NCBI GenBank assembly: GCA_038888155.1 | Contig: JAWAJB010000017.1 | Coordinates: forward strand, 1-17,720 | Direction of reading: 5' to 3' | DNA: 17,720 nt | Origin: Desulfurococcaceae archaeon | GTDB lineage: Archaea; Thermoproteota; Thermoprotei_A; Sulfolobales; Desulfurococcaceae | In this document: piece by piece, positions 8,860-17,267 of the stretch | How the letters are laid out: each line of letters opens with the position of its first letter | Position numbering within the stretch: position 1 is the first letter of the stretch | Notes under the pieces: generated by a model | What the model was told of the DNA's origin: nothing | Seen by the model: the letters and a program-made list of their open reading frames with translations, nothing else | The model's database searches: none | Program-made: the position numbers and the translations under genes

Positions 8860-10041
8860 ATGAAGGTATTGGCGGTATCTGAGCGTTGGTGGCCTGAAGG
8901 TACGGGTGGAATATTGGCTTCATACCTCATAGCTAGGCTTCTTCGGGATGCAGGGTTTAAGTTAACAGTTGTTCATGGTACCAGAGAGCCGGAAAAGCTT
9001 AGTGGAGTTCGCTATGTCTATTCAAGTTTCTTAAGCGTAAGGGATAAGCATAGGCTTTGGCTCAACTGCTCAATATTGACTAAAGAGCATTGGTTCCGCA
9101 AGCTTATCAGCAGTTCCGATATCGTATATATTCCCAGGTACTGCTACCCCCTGATACCGATTGCGAAAAAGCTTGGCAAGAGGGTAATTGTCCATCTCCA
9201 TGACTACCAGCCAGTATCCTATAACTCCATTGTTTTTAGCGAGCATGTAAGAAGCAGTGTCAACGCGGTAAGCTTCGAGGTCTTAGAGCATGGAAGCGTT
9301 GCGAGAGCACTCTTTGCGGGGTTCACCTCACCTATGAACAGGTTGTGTAGGATTTGGCTTAGGGATGCAGATGCGATAATATGCGTTTCAAGAAGGCAAG
9401 CAGAGCTCATCAGTAAATCGGCTCCAGAGCTAGCAGAAAAGCTGAAGGTCGTTTACAGTCCATTGCCTAACACACCCTTAGTTGAGAAGAACTTAGGCGA
9501 CCCAACCTTCCTATATTTAGGTGGAGACAGCTACGTTAAAGGCTTCCATATATTCTTAAGGGCCTCTCAAGAAGTCTTAAAACGAAATTTAAATGTAAGG
9601 TTCCTACTTGCAGGAGCCTTTAAGGATGTGAATAAATTAATCATCGAAAAGTTAAATAAAAGTTTTAAAAAAGCATACAATTTACTGGCTTATCTTAAGC
9701 ATGAGGAGGTTCTAAGGCTTTACTCCATAAGTTATGCCCTTCTATTTCCATCTATATGTGAGGAGCCATTACCATATGCGGTCCTAGAGGCTATGCTTAC
9801 TGGGACGATCCCCATAGCTTCTAAAGTTGGCGGTGTTCCCGAAATTGTTGGGGGAACACTCGCCGAAAGGTTCATGTTCAAACCAGGGGATGTTGATGGG
9901 CTTGTTGACAGAATTGAAACTCTGCTCGCTATGTCCAGCAATGATGTCATGAACGCTGGCCTCAAGCTTAGGGAAGCTGTACTGAGAAGGTTTAGCATAG
10001 AGGACACTAAGAAGAGATTGGTAGAGGTTTTCTGTTCTTGA
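8860..10041 (+). CDS. Family 4 glycosyltransferase (GT-B)
   Basis: MKVLAVSERWWPEGTGG; VIVHLHDY; IICVS; KG; FPSICEEPLPYAVLEAM; SKVGGVPEIV. Confidence 0.95.
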   Translation: MKVLAVSERWWPEGTGGILASYLIARLLRDAGFKLTVVHGTREPEKLSGVRYVYSSFLSVRDKHRLWLNCSILTKEHWFRKLISSSDIVYIPRYCYPLIPIAKKLGKRVIVHLHDYQPVSYNSIVFSEHVRSSVNAVSFEVLEHGSVARALFAGFTSPMNRLCRIWLRDADAIICVSRRQAELISKSAPELAEKLKVVYSPLPNTPLVEKNLGDPTFLYLGGDSYVKGFHIFLRASQEVLKRNLNVRFLLAGAFKDVNKLIIEKLNKSFKKAYNLLAYLKHEEVLRLYSISYALLFPSICEEPLPYAVLEAMLTGTIPIASKVGGVPEIVGGTLAERFMFKPGDVDGLVDRIETLLAMSSNDVMNAGLKLREAVLRRFSIEDTKKRLVEVFCS

Positions 10042-10150
10042 CGAACTTTAATCTTAGCTGTGATAGTGGATACATCCATGTCTTCTATAGCCCTGGCATC
10101 GAGCCTTAGATAACTGGAGCGCTTAAGAAAAGAAAGCTTAAAAGAGCGAT

Positions 10151-11176
10151 ATGAAGCTCATTCGCATTAACGCTTTAAGTGCTGCTTTTCAGGGAGACAT
10201 CATCCTAGTTCTTCTTAAAGAAGGCAATAAACTTATATTAAGAGAGTACGATGTTGAACTCGCTTCTCTTAAAAACCTTAGAGAGTTTAGAGGCGAGAAA
10301 GGTTTTATCCTTTATGCTGACAATAGAGGCCTATTACTGAGTATCGATAATAGGTTAGTTCTAGTGAATGAACGTGGAGCCAAAAACGTGCTTGCAACTC
10401 AAAACCCCAACAATTTCTTCTGGCACGCGACATTCATCGATGATGAAGTCTTCATTCAGGAGTACGGCGAACCCCCCACTGCAATCTATTCATCAAGGAA
10501 TTTAGTCGATTGGAGAAAGCTGATCACCAATGTTAAAATTGATAAGAGATCTGGGCATTTCCACTGTATCGCTTACGATCCCTATAGGGATCAGCTTATT
10601 GTCACGCTAGGCGATGGAAACCCGATCAGAGCGGCCTTTTCTGACGACCACGGTATCACTTGGAAACCGTTGTACAGAGGCCCGTGGCAATTCGTCCCCA
10701 TAGAGCCCTTAAAGGATATGATAGTCTTCGGTATGGATAGTGGAATTGCAAGAGGAGGTGTCGGTATTTACTATTTGCCCGGTGGTAGGTGGAAATTCGT
10801 TTTCGTCAAATGGCTTAGTAGTAGAGTAAGAGTAGCCAAAATGTGCGATTTAAAGCGGTTAAGTAACGGTATTTACGTTGCTACCTTGGGTACACCTCAA
10901 GCAGTAGTAGCATCTAAGGACTTAACAGCATGGCATCCTCTATATATAGAGAGTTTCAAGGAGAATTTTAATTATCACATGATGCTAAGCGAGGGGGAGA
11001 GATTTTTGGCTTGTTCAACTGGCAAGAGTCTACTAGTCTTCGAAAAAAATGAACTCAAGAGTATAATTTCAAGTTCAAACCCTGTTATGTCAAGCTACAG
11101 GGCTTACGTGGATAGGTTAAAAGGATTAGGATTCACTTTAAAGAGAATGTTGATCACGAGAAACTTGAGTGAATAA
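10151..11176 (+). CDS. Asp-box (BNR) beta-propeller protein, putative glycoside hydrolase or glycan-processing protein
   Basis: Canonical Asp-box FSDDHGITW plus two degenerate ones (SSRNLVDW, ASKDLTAW); HFH followed by YDPY; LGD; FGMD; beta-rich pattern; no signal peptide. Confidence 0.7.
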   Translation: MKLIRINALSAAFQGDIILVLLKEGNKLILREYDVELASLKNLREFRGEKGFILYADNRGLLLSIDNRLVLVNERGAKNVLATQNPNNFFWHATFIDDEVFIQEYGEPPTAIYSSRNLVDWRKLITNVKIDKRSGHFHCIAYDPYRDQLIVTLGDGNPIRAAFSDDHGITWKPLYRGPWQFVPIEPLKDMIVFGMDSGIARGGVGIYYLPGGRWKFVFVKWLSSRVRVAKMCDLKRLSNGIYVATLGTPQAVVASKDLTAWHPLYIESFKENFNYHMMLSEGERFLACSTGKSLLVFEKNELKSIISSSNPVMSSYRAYVDRLKGLGFTLKRMLITRNLSE

Positions 11177-11562
11177 TGGCAAGAACATCGGTAAAGTAAG
11201 TGGTAAACGCCAGAGGCGGTTGAAGGCGATTTCTCCAGAGGCCTTTTACATTTATAACATGTTATGACAACTGGTTGCTATCGGAGCTTATTCAAGGAAG
11301 TATCCTAACGCACATAACTCTTCCTCTCAAAATGTGGATAGTTCGCGTTGCGCATCATATGCGTAGAAAAAGGTTTGATGCAATTTTAAGTTTAAAACGA
11401 AAGGTACGCATAAGAGAAATCCTAGGTGCTCATTTATGAAGCATCATAGCATTATACACAACTATCGGAACTAGCTTCCGCGAAACTGGGAAAGCTAGTC
11501 AAGAGAGTAATGTAACACTATTTAAACGTTTAGGACCTGTAAATTCCCATGAAGGGCTAGCC

Positions 11563-11688
11563 ATGAAGATCTGCTTCATCACGAGCAAAGTATTTACCGG
11601 TAAGAAGCGTGAAGACTACGGCAAGCTGGTCCACATAGCTGGACGCGAATTCGTTAAGTGAGACTTCGATGTCTCAGTCATCCGTTGA
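11563..11688 (+). pseudogene. N-terminal stub of a GT4 gene
   Basis: MKICFITSKVFTGKKREDYGKLVHIAGREFVK*DFDVSVIR* follows the GT4 start pattern MKIxxI...GG...L.+rG.dV.V. Internal TGA at 11659. Too short for the ORF track. Confidence 0.7.
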
Positions 11689-11737
11689 CGTGAGCTTAAG
11701 CTTTCATCATTGCTCATGAATAGTACGTAGAGGGTCT

Positions 11738-12796
11738 ATGATGAAAATAGCCATCGTAGGTCCTGATGCCTCCACAGTATCAGGCTCCCTTTTAAGACCA
11801 CTCAATATTTTACATGCTCTTCGAGATATGAAGGCCATAAAGTCAAAATACGTACCTATTAAGTCAGTTGCATACCTACTACTCAGCATAAATAATATTT
11901 TGCAGCATGATGTGGTGATCATCAGTGGTGTTAGTCCATGGATTGCTGCTCTGGTATGTATTATTGGAAGACTTTTCAGGAAAAAACTTATCCTTGATCT
12001 ACATGGTTGTTCATGGTACGAATACTCGATGGCATCAAAGAGAAACATTATGTATGCAACTCTGCTGTTTTCAAGTGAACTACTTGCCTGCAAGTTGGCT
12101 AACCATGTAATTGTTGCATCCAAACTTCTTGCTAAACTCGTTAGGAAGGTTTATCGACGCAGAATAGATGGGGTAGTTGAAAACGCTACTACACCAGTCT
12201 TTGAATCCTTGGTAAAGACGTTGGCTCATTTTGATAAGCTAATACTTAGAGTTCTAATAGAGAGAACTATTGGTATACCTTTAACTAATTGCAAGCTTCT
12301 AATAGCGCCACTGCCTAACGTCTTTTGGCAGAACATAGAAGCCTACAAAGTTTTAGTCAGCTTGTTGAGTAAGCCTAAGAATCTTAAGGTCATCGTGACC
12401 GGGTTGAAAAGACGAACTGTGAATGACAAGCTCATATGCGTTGGCCATGTACCCTACACTCTATATGTAGCTTTATTACTTGCCTCCGACGGAGTAATAT
12501 TACCTTATCCACCTAACGCGATATGTGGAGGAGCTCGTAATAAAGTACTTGAGGCAGGTTACTGCAAGAGACTCGTCATTTCAACGCGCACTGGACTACT
12601 TCATATGGATGCTAAACCTTGGGAAGATTATATCCCTCTCGAGTACATACAGTCGATAAGTGAACTTGAAAAGATTATAGAGACCTCACATACATGCGTT
12701 GAAAAAATGTTTAAGAAGATCACGGAAAGGCATACATTCAATGCATTCAGGTCCCATATTTTAAAATACGTCAAATCATGGACGCTTTCATCTTAA
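11738..12796 (+). CDS. Divergent GT-B/GT4-like glycosyltransferase
   Basis: MKIAIVGP; DVVII; LILDLHG; VIVAS; VVENA; GHVPY; GGARNKVLEAG (K-x-x-E-A variant of the donor-binding motif); VIST. Confidence 0.82.
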   Translation: MMKIAIVGPDASTVSGSLLRPLNILHALRDMKAIKSKYVPIKSVAYLLLSINNILQHDVVIISGVSPWIAALVCIIGRLFRKKLILDLHGCSWYEYSMASKRNIMYATLLFSSELLACKLANHVIVASKLLAKLVRKVYRRRIDGVVENATTPVFESLVKTLAHFDKLILRVLIERTIGIPLTNCKLLIAPLPNVFWQNIEAYKVLVSLLSKPKNLKVIVTGLKRRTVNDKLICVGHVPYTLYVALLLASDGVILPYPPNAICGGARNKVLEAGYCKRLVISTRTGLLHMDAKPWEDYIPLEYIQSISELEKIIETSHTCVEKMFKKITERHTFNAFRSHILKYVKSWTLSS

Positions 12797-12986
12797 AAGA
12801 CTTGTATAGAAAGCACGATACACCCGATTAAGGTCCACAAAAACTCGCTTAAATGATTTTATCTTTAAACTTCGTACCTTAAGGTAACGCTAACAACGTA
12901 TTATTAAATGTATTATAACGATGTACTATGTTATAAATATATCGCGCATGTAATTTTCCATGATATTCCGTGAGATGTGATCCCGA

Positions 12987-13706
12987 GTGATGACTCAAAG
13001 GATGACTAAACGGAAAAGTACAGTTGTTATTTTCGTAGGGCCCCAAGGGGCAGGAAAAACTACCCAAGCAAAACTATTATTAAAATATGTTCGGCAATCT
13101 AACAAAGAACGGGTTATACTTGTCAGATTGATCCATTACACGATGCTGCGCCCCATTTTCATCTCAATAATAAAGCTATTTAAGAAAACCTACATTAAAT
13201 TCTATGAGAATAAACTTTTCACAGAAGCTCCTTCACCGAGGCTACTTAAAGCCGTGTTCCCATTACTTCTTACACTTCATTTAGTAAGTTTTATTGTATC
13301 TAGTATATTGTTTAACTTATACACATTCTCTCGAGACTACTTAATAGAGGATGAAGGCTACGTATTTAAGCAACTGGCAGACATCCTTTATGAGGCGAAG
13401 TATTGCAAAGCTGACCTAACAAACTTTATATCTAATTTTATTTTAAGTATTATTATTAGGAGGGCATGCGCTCTAGCTAGACGATGCGTACTAGTCTATC
13501 TTCGAATATATGATCATGAAATCCTTAAGAAAAGGTATCTCTTACAGAAACGGCTTTATATAGAACCAGCGGATTATATACTATTCCAAACAGCTGTATA
13601 TAATACCTTAGTAAAAGGGCATAAAGCAATTATTTTAGATGCATCAAGGGATCAGCTCGAAATTCACCAAGCGATATTAAAAGCTCTTTCTCTGCTATAC
13701 ACTTAA
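12987..13706 (+). CDS. Thymidylate/NMP-kinase-like P-loop kinase with hydrophobic insert
   Basis: Walker A VIFVGPQGAGKTT; LIEDEG at the TMK 'DR' position; LVYLR...ILKKR lid; IILDASR. Hydrophobic insert VFPLLLTLHLVSFIVSSILF. Start could be 12987, 12990 or 13002. Confidence 0.8.
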   Translation: MMTQRMTKRKSTVVIFVGPQGAGKTTQAKLLLKYVRQSNKERVILVRLIHYTMLRPIFISIIKLFKKTYIKFYENKLFTEAPSPRLLKAVFPLLLTLHLVSFIVSSILFNLYTFSRDYLIEDEGYVFKQLADILYEAKYCKADLTNFISNFILSIIIRRACALARRCVLVYLRIYDHEILKKRYLLQKRLYIEPADYILFQTAVYNTLVKGHKAIILDASRDQLEIHQAILKALSLLYT

Positions 13707-13742
13707 ATGAAGCGTTCGATGATTAAGCAATTATTTTAACAT

Positions 13743-14862
13743 ATGAGGTGTTTCCGCTTGCCGAGCTTTCACTTATCTCTTAACGAGTCTATCAAGCTAT
13801 ACTTAAGGAATCGTTATGCTGATTTTAGCAGACCGATTTCAAATTTCATTCACTTATCAACATATGCTCAGTATATGGCACTGATTGCCTTAAGATCCTT
13901 GCTACCTACTTAACTCCTCCATAATTAAAACAACAGAGTGATTTTAGGCCTTTTAGTCACTAAGGAAAATGCCAACAAAGCGATTTTTATAGCGAGTTGT
14001 GTTATCAAGTTAAATTCACCTCGAGGATTCACTATGATCTTGAAAGGTGAAAGGCTTAGGTTCGACATTATAAAAGTCGTTAATGATGAATTTGATTTCA
14101 GAAGATTTATATCTACAGCATTGTTCAAATATTTAGAAAAGTTCAAGGAAAAGGGAGGTGTTATTAGAAGCACGGATAGTACTGATCTAATACAGGGAGA
14201 ATTGGACGGTATTACTTGGTTTTTAGAAAATACCATTACCAAGATATATATGCTGGTCCGCTAGCACCTTTCGAAGAAGAGCCCTACGAGTTTAACTGGG
14301 TTACCGGAATTCTCAAATCTTCAATAAAACCTATTTTATTGATGTAGGTGCTTATGTTGGTGGTTACTCGATAAGAGCATGTAAACTTGGAGCTTTTACG
14401 GTGGCTTTAGAACCCGAATTAAGTAACTATGAACTCCTTAAGAAGCATTTAAGCGTAAACAATTGTGTGGACTCTATAGCAATAAATGTTGCTATTGGAG
14501 CTTCATCTGGAAAACTTCCTCTATATGCTGAAGATTTTGATTTAACGATCAGTAGTCTCAAGTATGGAAGAAAATTTCGAGGATATGTCGATGTTAAGAC
14601 ATTAGACGAAGTGCTTAATGACATAAGTCTTCCCAATGACAGAATAGATGTTCTGAAGATAGATGTGGAGGGAGCTGAATTAGATGTCCTTAAGGGAGCA
14701 AATAAAAATCTTGCTAACTCAAGATATCTGCTACTTGAGATATGGGATCAGCATCTCCATGACATCTACGGAATACTGAAGGCTGTGGGGTTTAAACCTA
14801 TAGCCGAAGTCAGATATGCGAGAGGAGTGAAATATAGAAACGTTCTTTTCAAAAAACTCTAG
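13743..14862 (+). pseudogene. FkbM-family methyltransferase, disrupted by two in-frame stops and two frameshifts
   Basis: One frame runs from 13743/13758 through TAA 13911 and TAA 13926 into the 13938 ORF. A -1 shift near T5 at 14220-14224 gives RKYHYQDIYAGPLAPFEEEPYEFNW. A second -1 shift before 14341 gives FIDVGAYVGGYS...VALEP...AIG...VKTLDEV...IDVLKIDVEGAELDVLKGA, a full FkbM motif set. Confidence 0.9.
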
Positions 14863-14990
14863 CAGATTTTAGTATAGTCGTAGTGTGCGGCGAAAAGTTA
14901 GCTTAGAACCTTAGTTAGTAAAACGAAGCTTGAAGGAGAAAGAAGAGTTATGCAAACTATTGAGGCCTCGCTTAAGGAGGTAGGTTTGAG

Positions 14991-15246
14991 ATGTTGGTAA
15001 GTGTTGAAGTTTTCCTATCGGAACCGCCATGTTCAGTCGGGGATCGCTGCTGAATTTGATAGAAAAATAGGGAGAAATATAGGGATAAAATCAAAACTGA
15101 GGTTTACTAGGGATAAACCCCAAGCCAAGCGGTTACGGAATAAGCGCAAGCCCTCCAGTAGTCATCAACAGGGGCATACGCATAGTAGGAGTTTGTCCAA
15201 ATGAAGAAACGTCCAAAGGGGCCCTAAGGGAGGCAGGTAACGATAG
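14991..15246 (+). pseudogene. Shattered small thioredoxin-fold protein
   Basis: GGAGGT SD, then ATG 14991. Pieces across frames: MLVSVEVFLSEPPCSVG / SLLNLIEK / EKYRDKIKTEVY*G* / YGISASPPVVINRGIRIVGVCPNEETSKGALREAG. YGIxxxPxVVIN is the cis-Pro signature of Trx-fold proteins. Confidence 0.65.
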
Positions 15247-15293
15247 CATTGAGAGGCGTTACCAAGCAGACTTGGTGTGTTCCGCCATACCTC

Positions 15294-15779
15294 TTAAAGT
15301 AGTTCCAGTCTTAGAGGTTCCCACTTTCCATTACTTCCGAGCTCCTCTTTAAGACTTCTCCAAACCAGTGCGCTGATGTCCGCTTCAGATCCGAGGCTAT
15401 TTGGATTGTTCTTCAGCTCTAAGCACCACCTTCTAAGCAGCTTACCAGTGAGCGCTCTATGCTCCACGAGAGGCACGTGTCCCACCGTCTTGTACTTCAT
15501 GCAGAGTATGTATCTAGCGCAGGAGCTTGCAAGCCCCATCAGCCTATTCTGAAGACGAAGCCTCTTACTTTCTCGATCCTTCTCACCTTTCACGCCCCTG
15601 ACGATCCTTTCAGTGATGAGCCTCGGTAGTTCACATTCATTCAAGATTTCGCTAAGAACGTATTGAGCCTCACTATCATCAACGCTCTCATAGAGGAGGG
15701 TTGCAGCTGGATCATACTGCTAAGCGTTGCGCTGTTCAAATTGGAAGTAGATCTTGGAAACCCTTTGGAATACGAGTAT
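15294..15779 (-). pseudogene. Degraded minus-strand gene remnant, upstream part weakly ferritin/rubrerythrin-like
   Basis: The frame of the 15644 ORF extends upstream through one TAG: ...FEQRNA*QYDPAATLLYESVDDSEAQYVLSEILNECE..., a helical acidic pattern. No convincing start. Confidence 0.25.
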
Positions 15780-15802
15780 AGGCTTAAATTAGCCAATAGC
15801 AT

Positions 15803-15824
15803 AGAAAGATTTAAAGGCTTTAAA
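15803..15824 (+). promoter_or_regulatory. BRE/TATA promoter overlapped by a 7-1-7 palindrome
   Basis: AGAAAGA is followed by TTTAAA (15810-15815), which starts 28 nt before ATG 15838. TTTAAAG-G-CTTTAAA (15810-15824) is a perfect inverted repeat. Confidence 0.55.
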
Positions 15825-15831
15825 CGAGGGC

Positions 15832-16195
15832 ATGAAGATGGGCTTCACCTACGTAAAAATCAAGGTCTTTAGCCCAACGGACCCATCAAGGTTCGATGAA
15901 GTTGAGCTCATGATAGATAGCGATGCACTTCATACGAGCATTCCTAGGAAAAAACTAGAGGCGCTCAATATAAAACCACTACGAGTAGGAATGTATAGGA
16001 CTTTTAAGGGAAAGGAAATTGAAAAGGGCTGTTGGTGAAGCCCTCATCGAACTTATAGGGGAAAGGAGGCGTGTTCCAGTCATATTTGCTGAAGAAGATG
16101 CAACCATCCTCGGGGTAACAACTCTAGAGATCTTCGAGCTCAAGGTGAATCCATTAACAAGAAAGCTTGAACGAGCCACATATCCGCTCATTTAA
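15832..16195 (+). pseudogene. Clan AA (retropepsin-like) aspartic protease, frameshifted
   Basis: MGFTYVKIKV...ELMIDSDALHTSIP has DSD in place of the catalytic D[ST]G. A +1 shift at GAAAAGGG (16021-16028) restores RAVGEALIEL...PVIFAEEDATILGVTTLEIFELKVNPLTRKLE, with stop at 16193-16195. Confidence 0.85.
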
Positions 16196-16637
16196 CGAGG
16201 AACCGCTGTAGGACACAACTTCACTCATATGCATGATGTTCTTGAAGCAAATAAGCTACAGGATGATATTCCCACGCTATTGGGCTTGAACACTGTCCAA
16301 GATCCTCCACATGAAGTGGCTTGTAACCACAGTAAAGCAAGGAGCAAAGACGTGGTCTGTCTTAGGAAAATCTACAGAAACTTAGGCGGGAAGTTGTTTG
16401 AAGAAATAACAGCTGAAAAGTACTGAGCGAAGCGAGACAGAATATTATAAGGTGAAGAACGATTGTTAAGGCGGTTTCGGCACAATCACCACTATGAGGT
16501 ACTGTGTTAAGCATTTAGTAAGGAGACGAACAGCTCGCAATATGAGGATTGCATATAGGTCTCTGGAAATAGTGTGAGCCGAGATCGCATGCAATGAAGG
16601 CGATAGGTACGACTGTGAGAGAAGGTGGTGAATTGTT

Positions 16638-17267
16638 GTGAGGAATACCCATCGAGCATTCACAATCTATCTCATTGGACCAGATGGCTCTGGTAAAAGC
16701 ACGCTTGCTAGGCTTCTAAGGAGCTACTTGTATTCGCGTGGTGTTTATGCTCATGTTTCATGGTTTAGGGGTTCCCACCTGCTTGCTTCAGTTCTTGCAA
16801 GGTTTCTCTCGCGCTTCGCGTCGTTTAGGGGATACGGAAACCCCTATTATAAGATCACTATACCTCCAAAGCTTAGACCTTTATGGGTCCTCGTAGAGTT
16901 CTTCTCGCTTTTACCCTACTATCTTCTAAGAAGGTTTTTTTCACTGTTTCAACCGGTGATCGGTGACCGTGGCTTACTGGACTTCATAGTGTGGATTACT
17001 GTAACTCTCAATTACCCCGGGTTCCTCGGTACTTTCACTGGAAGATTTCTCGCTAAGTTGGCGGTAAAGGAGAAGAGCATCTACGTTAAAGCTGATCTCG
17101 TTACACTACGTAAACGCGTAGTTGATATACCATCGTTTTTCCTTGTGAAGGAAATTGCATGCTACAATGTTCTAGCTAAGTACTACGCAGAATGCACTAT
17201 TGATACAACTATTAGAACCCCCTTAGAGTCTCTTGGTGAACTAGTGGAATGCCTACGAAGACCTTGA
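16638..17267 (+). CDS. Thymidylate-kinase-like P-loop kinase with hydrophobic insert
   Basis: GGTGGTGA SD before GTG; Walker A LIGPDGSGKST; GDRGLLD (TMK DR motif); IYVKAD...LRKR; TIDTT. Hydrophobic insert LWVLVEFFSLLPYYLL. Confidence 0.85.
   Translation: MRNTHRAFTIYLIGPDGSGKSTLARLLRSYLYSRGVYAHVSWFRGSHLLASVLARFLSRFASFRGYGNPYYKITIPPKLRPLWVLVEFFSLLPYYLLRRFFSLFQPVIGDRGLLDFIVWITVTLNYPGFLGTFTGRFLAKLAVKEKSIYVKADLVTLRKRVVDIPSFFLVKEIACYNVLAKYYAECTIDTTIRTPLESLGELVECLRRP

Noticed and set aside
8780-8860. KVLKGIGYKIKLLPDLWEKKG as the tail of a third FkbM gene
   Set aside because: The resemblance is too short to call as a feature without a search.
11470-11499. Hairpin ACTAGCTT...AAGCTAGT as a terminator or ncRNA
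   Set aside because: Only an 8-bp stem, no U-tract, and far from a gene end; may be chance.
3419-12110. Alternate-frame plus-strand ORFs 3419-3634 and 11925-12110
   Set aside because: Nested out of frame inside longer genes, with no recognisable features.
8241-13928. Stop-codon recoding (Sec/Pyl) or programmed frameshifting to rescue the broken genes
   Set aside because: The stops are mainly TAA, lesions are multiple per gene and accompanied by deletions, and no slippery heptamer plus structure was seen.
15001-15204. 67-aa basic ORF
   Set aside because: Mostly an off-frame reading of the thioredoxin-like relic.
15663-16426. ORFs 15663-15872 and 16229-16426 as real genes
   Set aside because: No motifs or SD. 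The first runs across the protease promoter and the second lies in apparently degraded DNA.
553-16663. Short minus-strand ORFs (553, 1330, 2166, 2593, 3380, 3815, 6097, 6472, 8489, 9219, 9732, 11707, 12879, 13925, 14427, 15979, 16466)
   Set aside because: Almost all are antisense shadows of well-supported plus-strand genes or relics, with no motifs or start signals.
12987-17267. Assigning the symbol tmk to either kinase
   Set aside because: Hydrophobic inserts, divergent motifs and the glycosylation context argue against the housekeeping enzyme.
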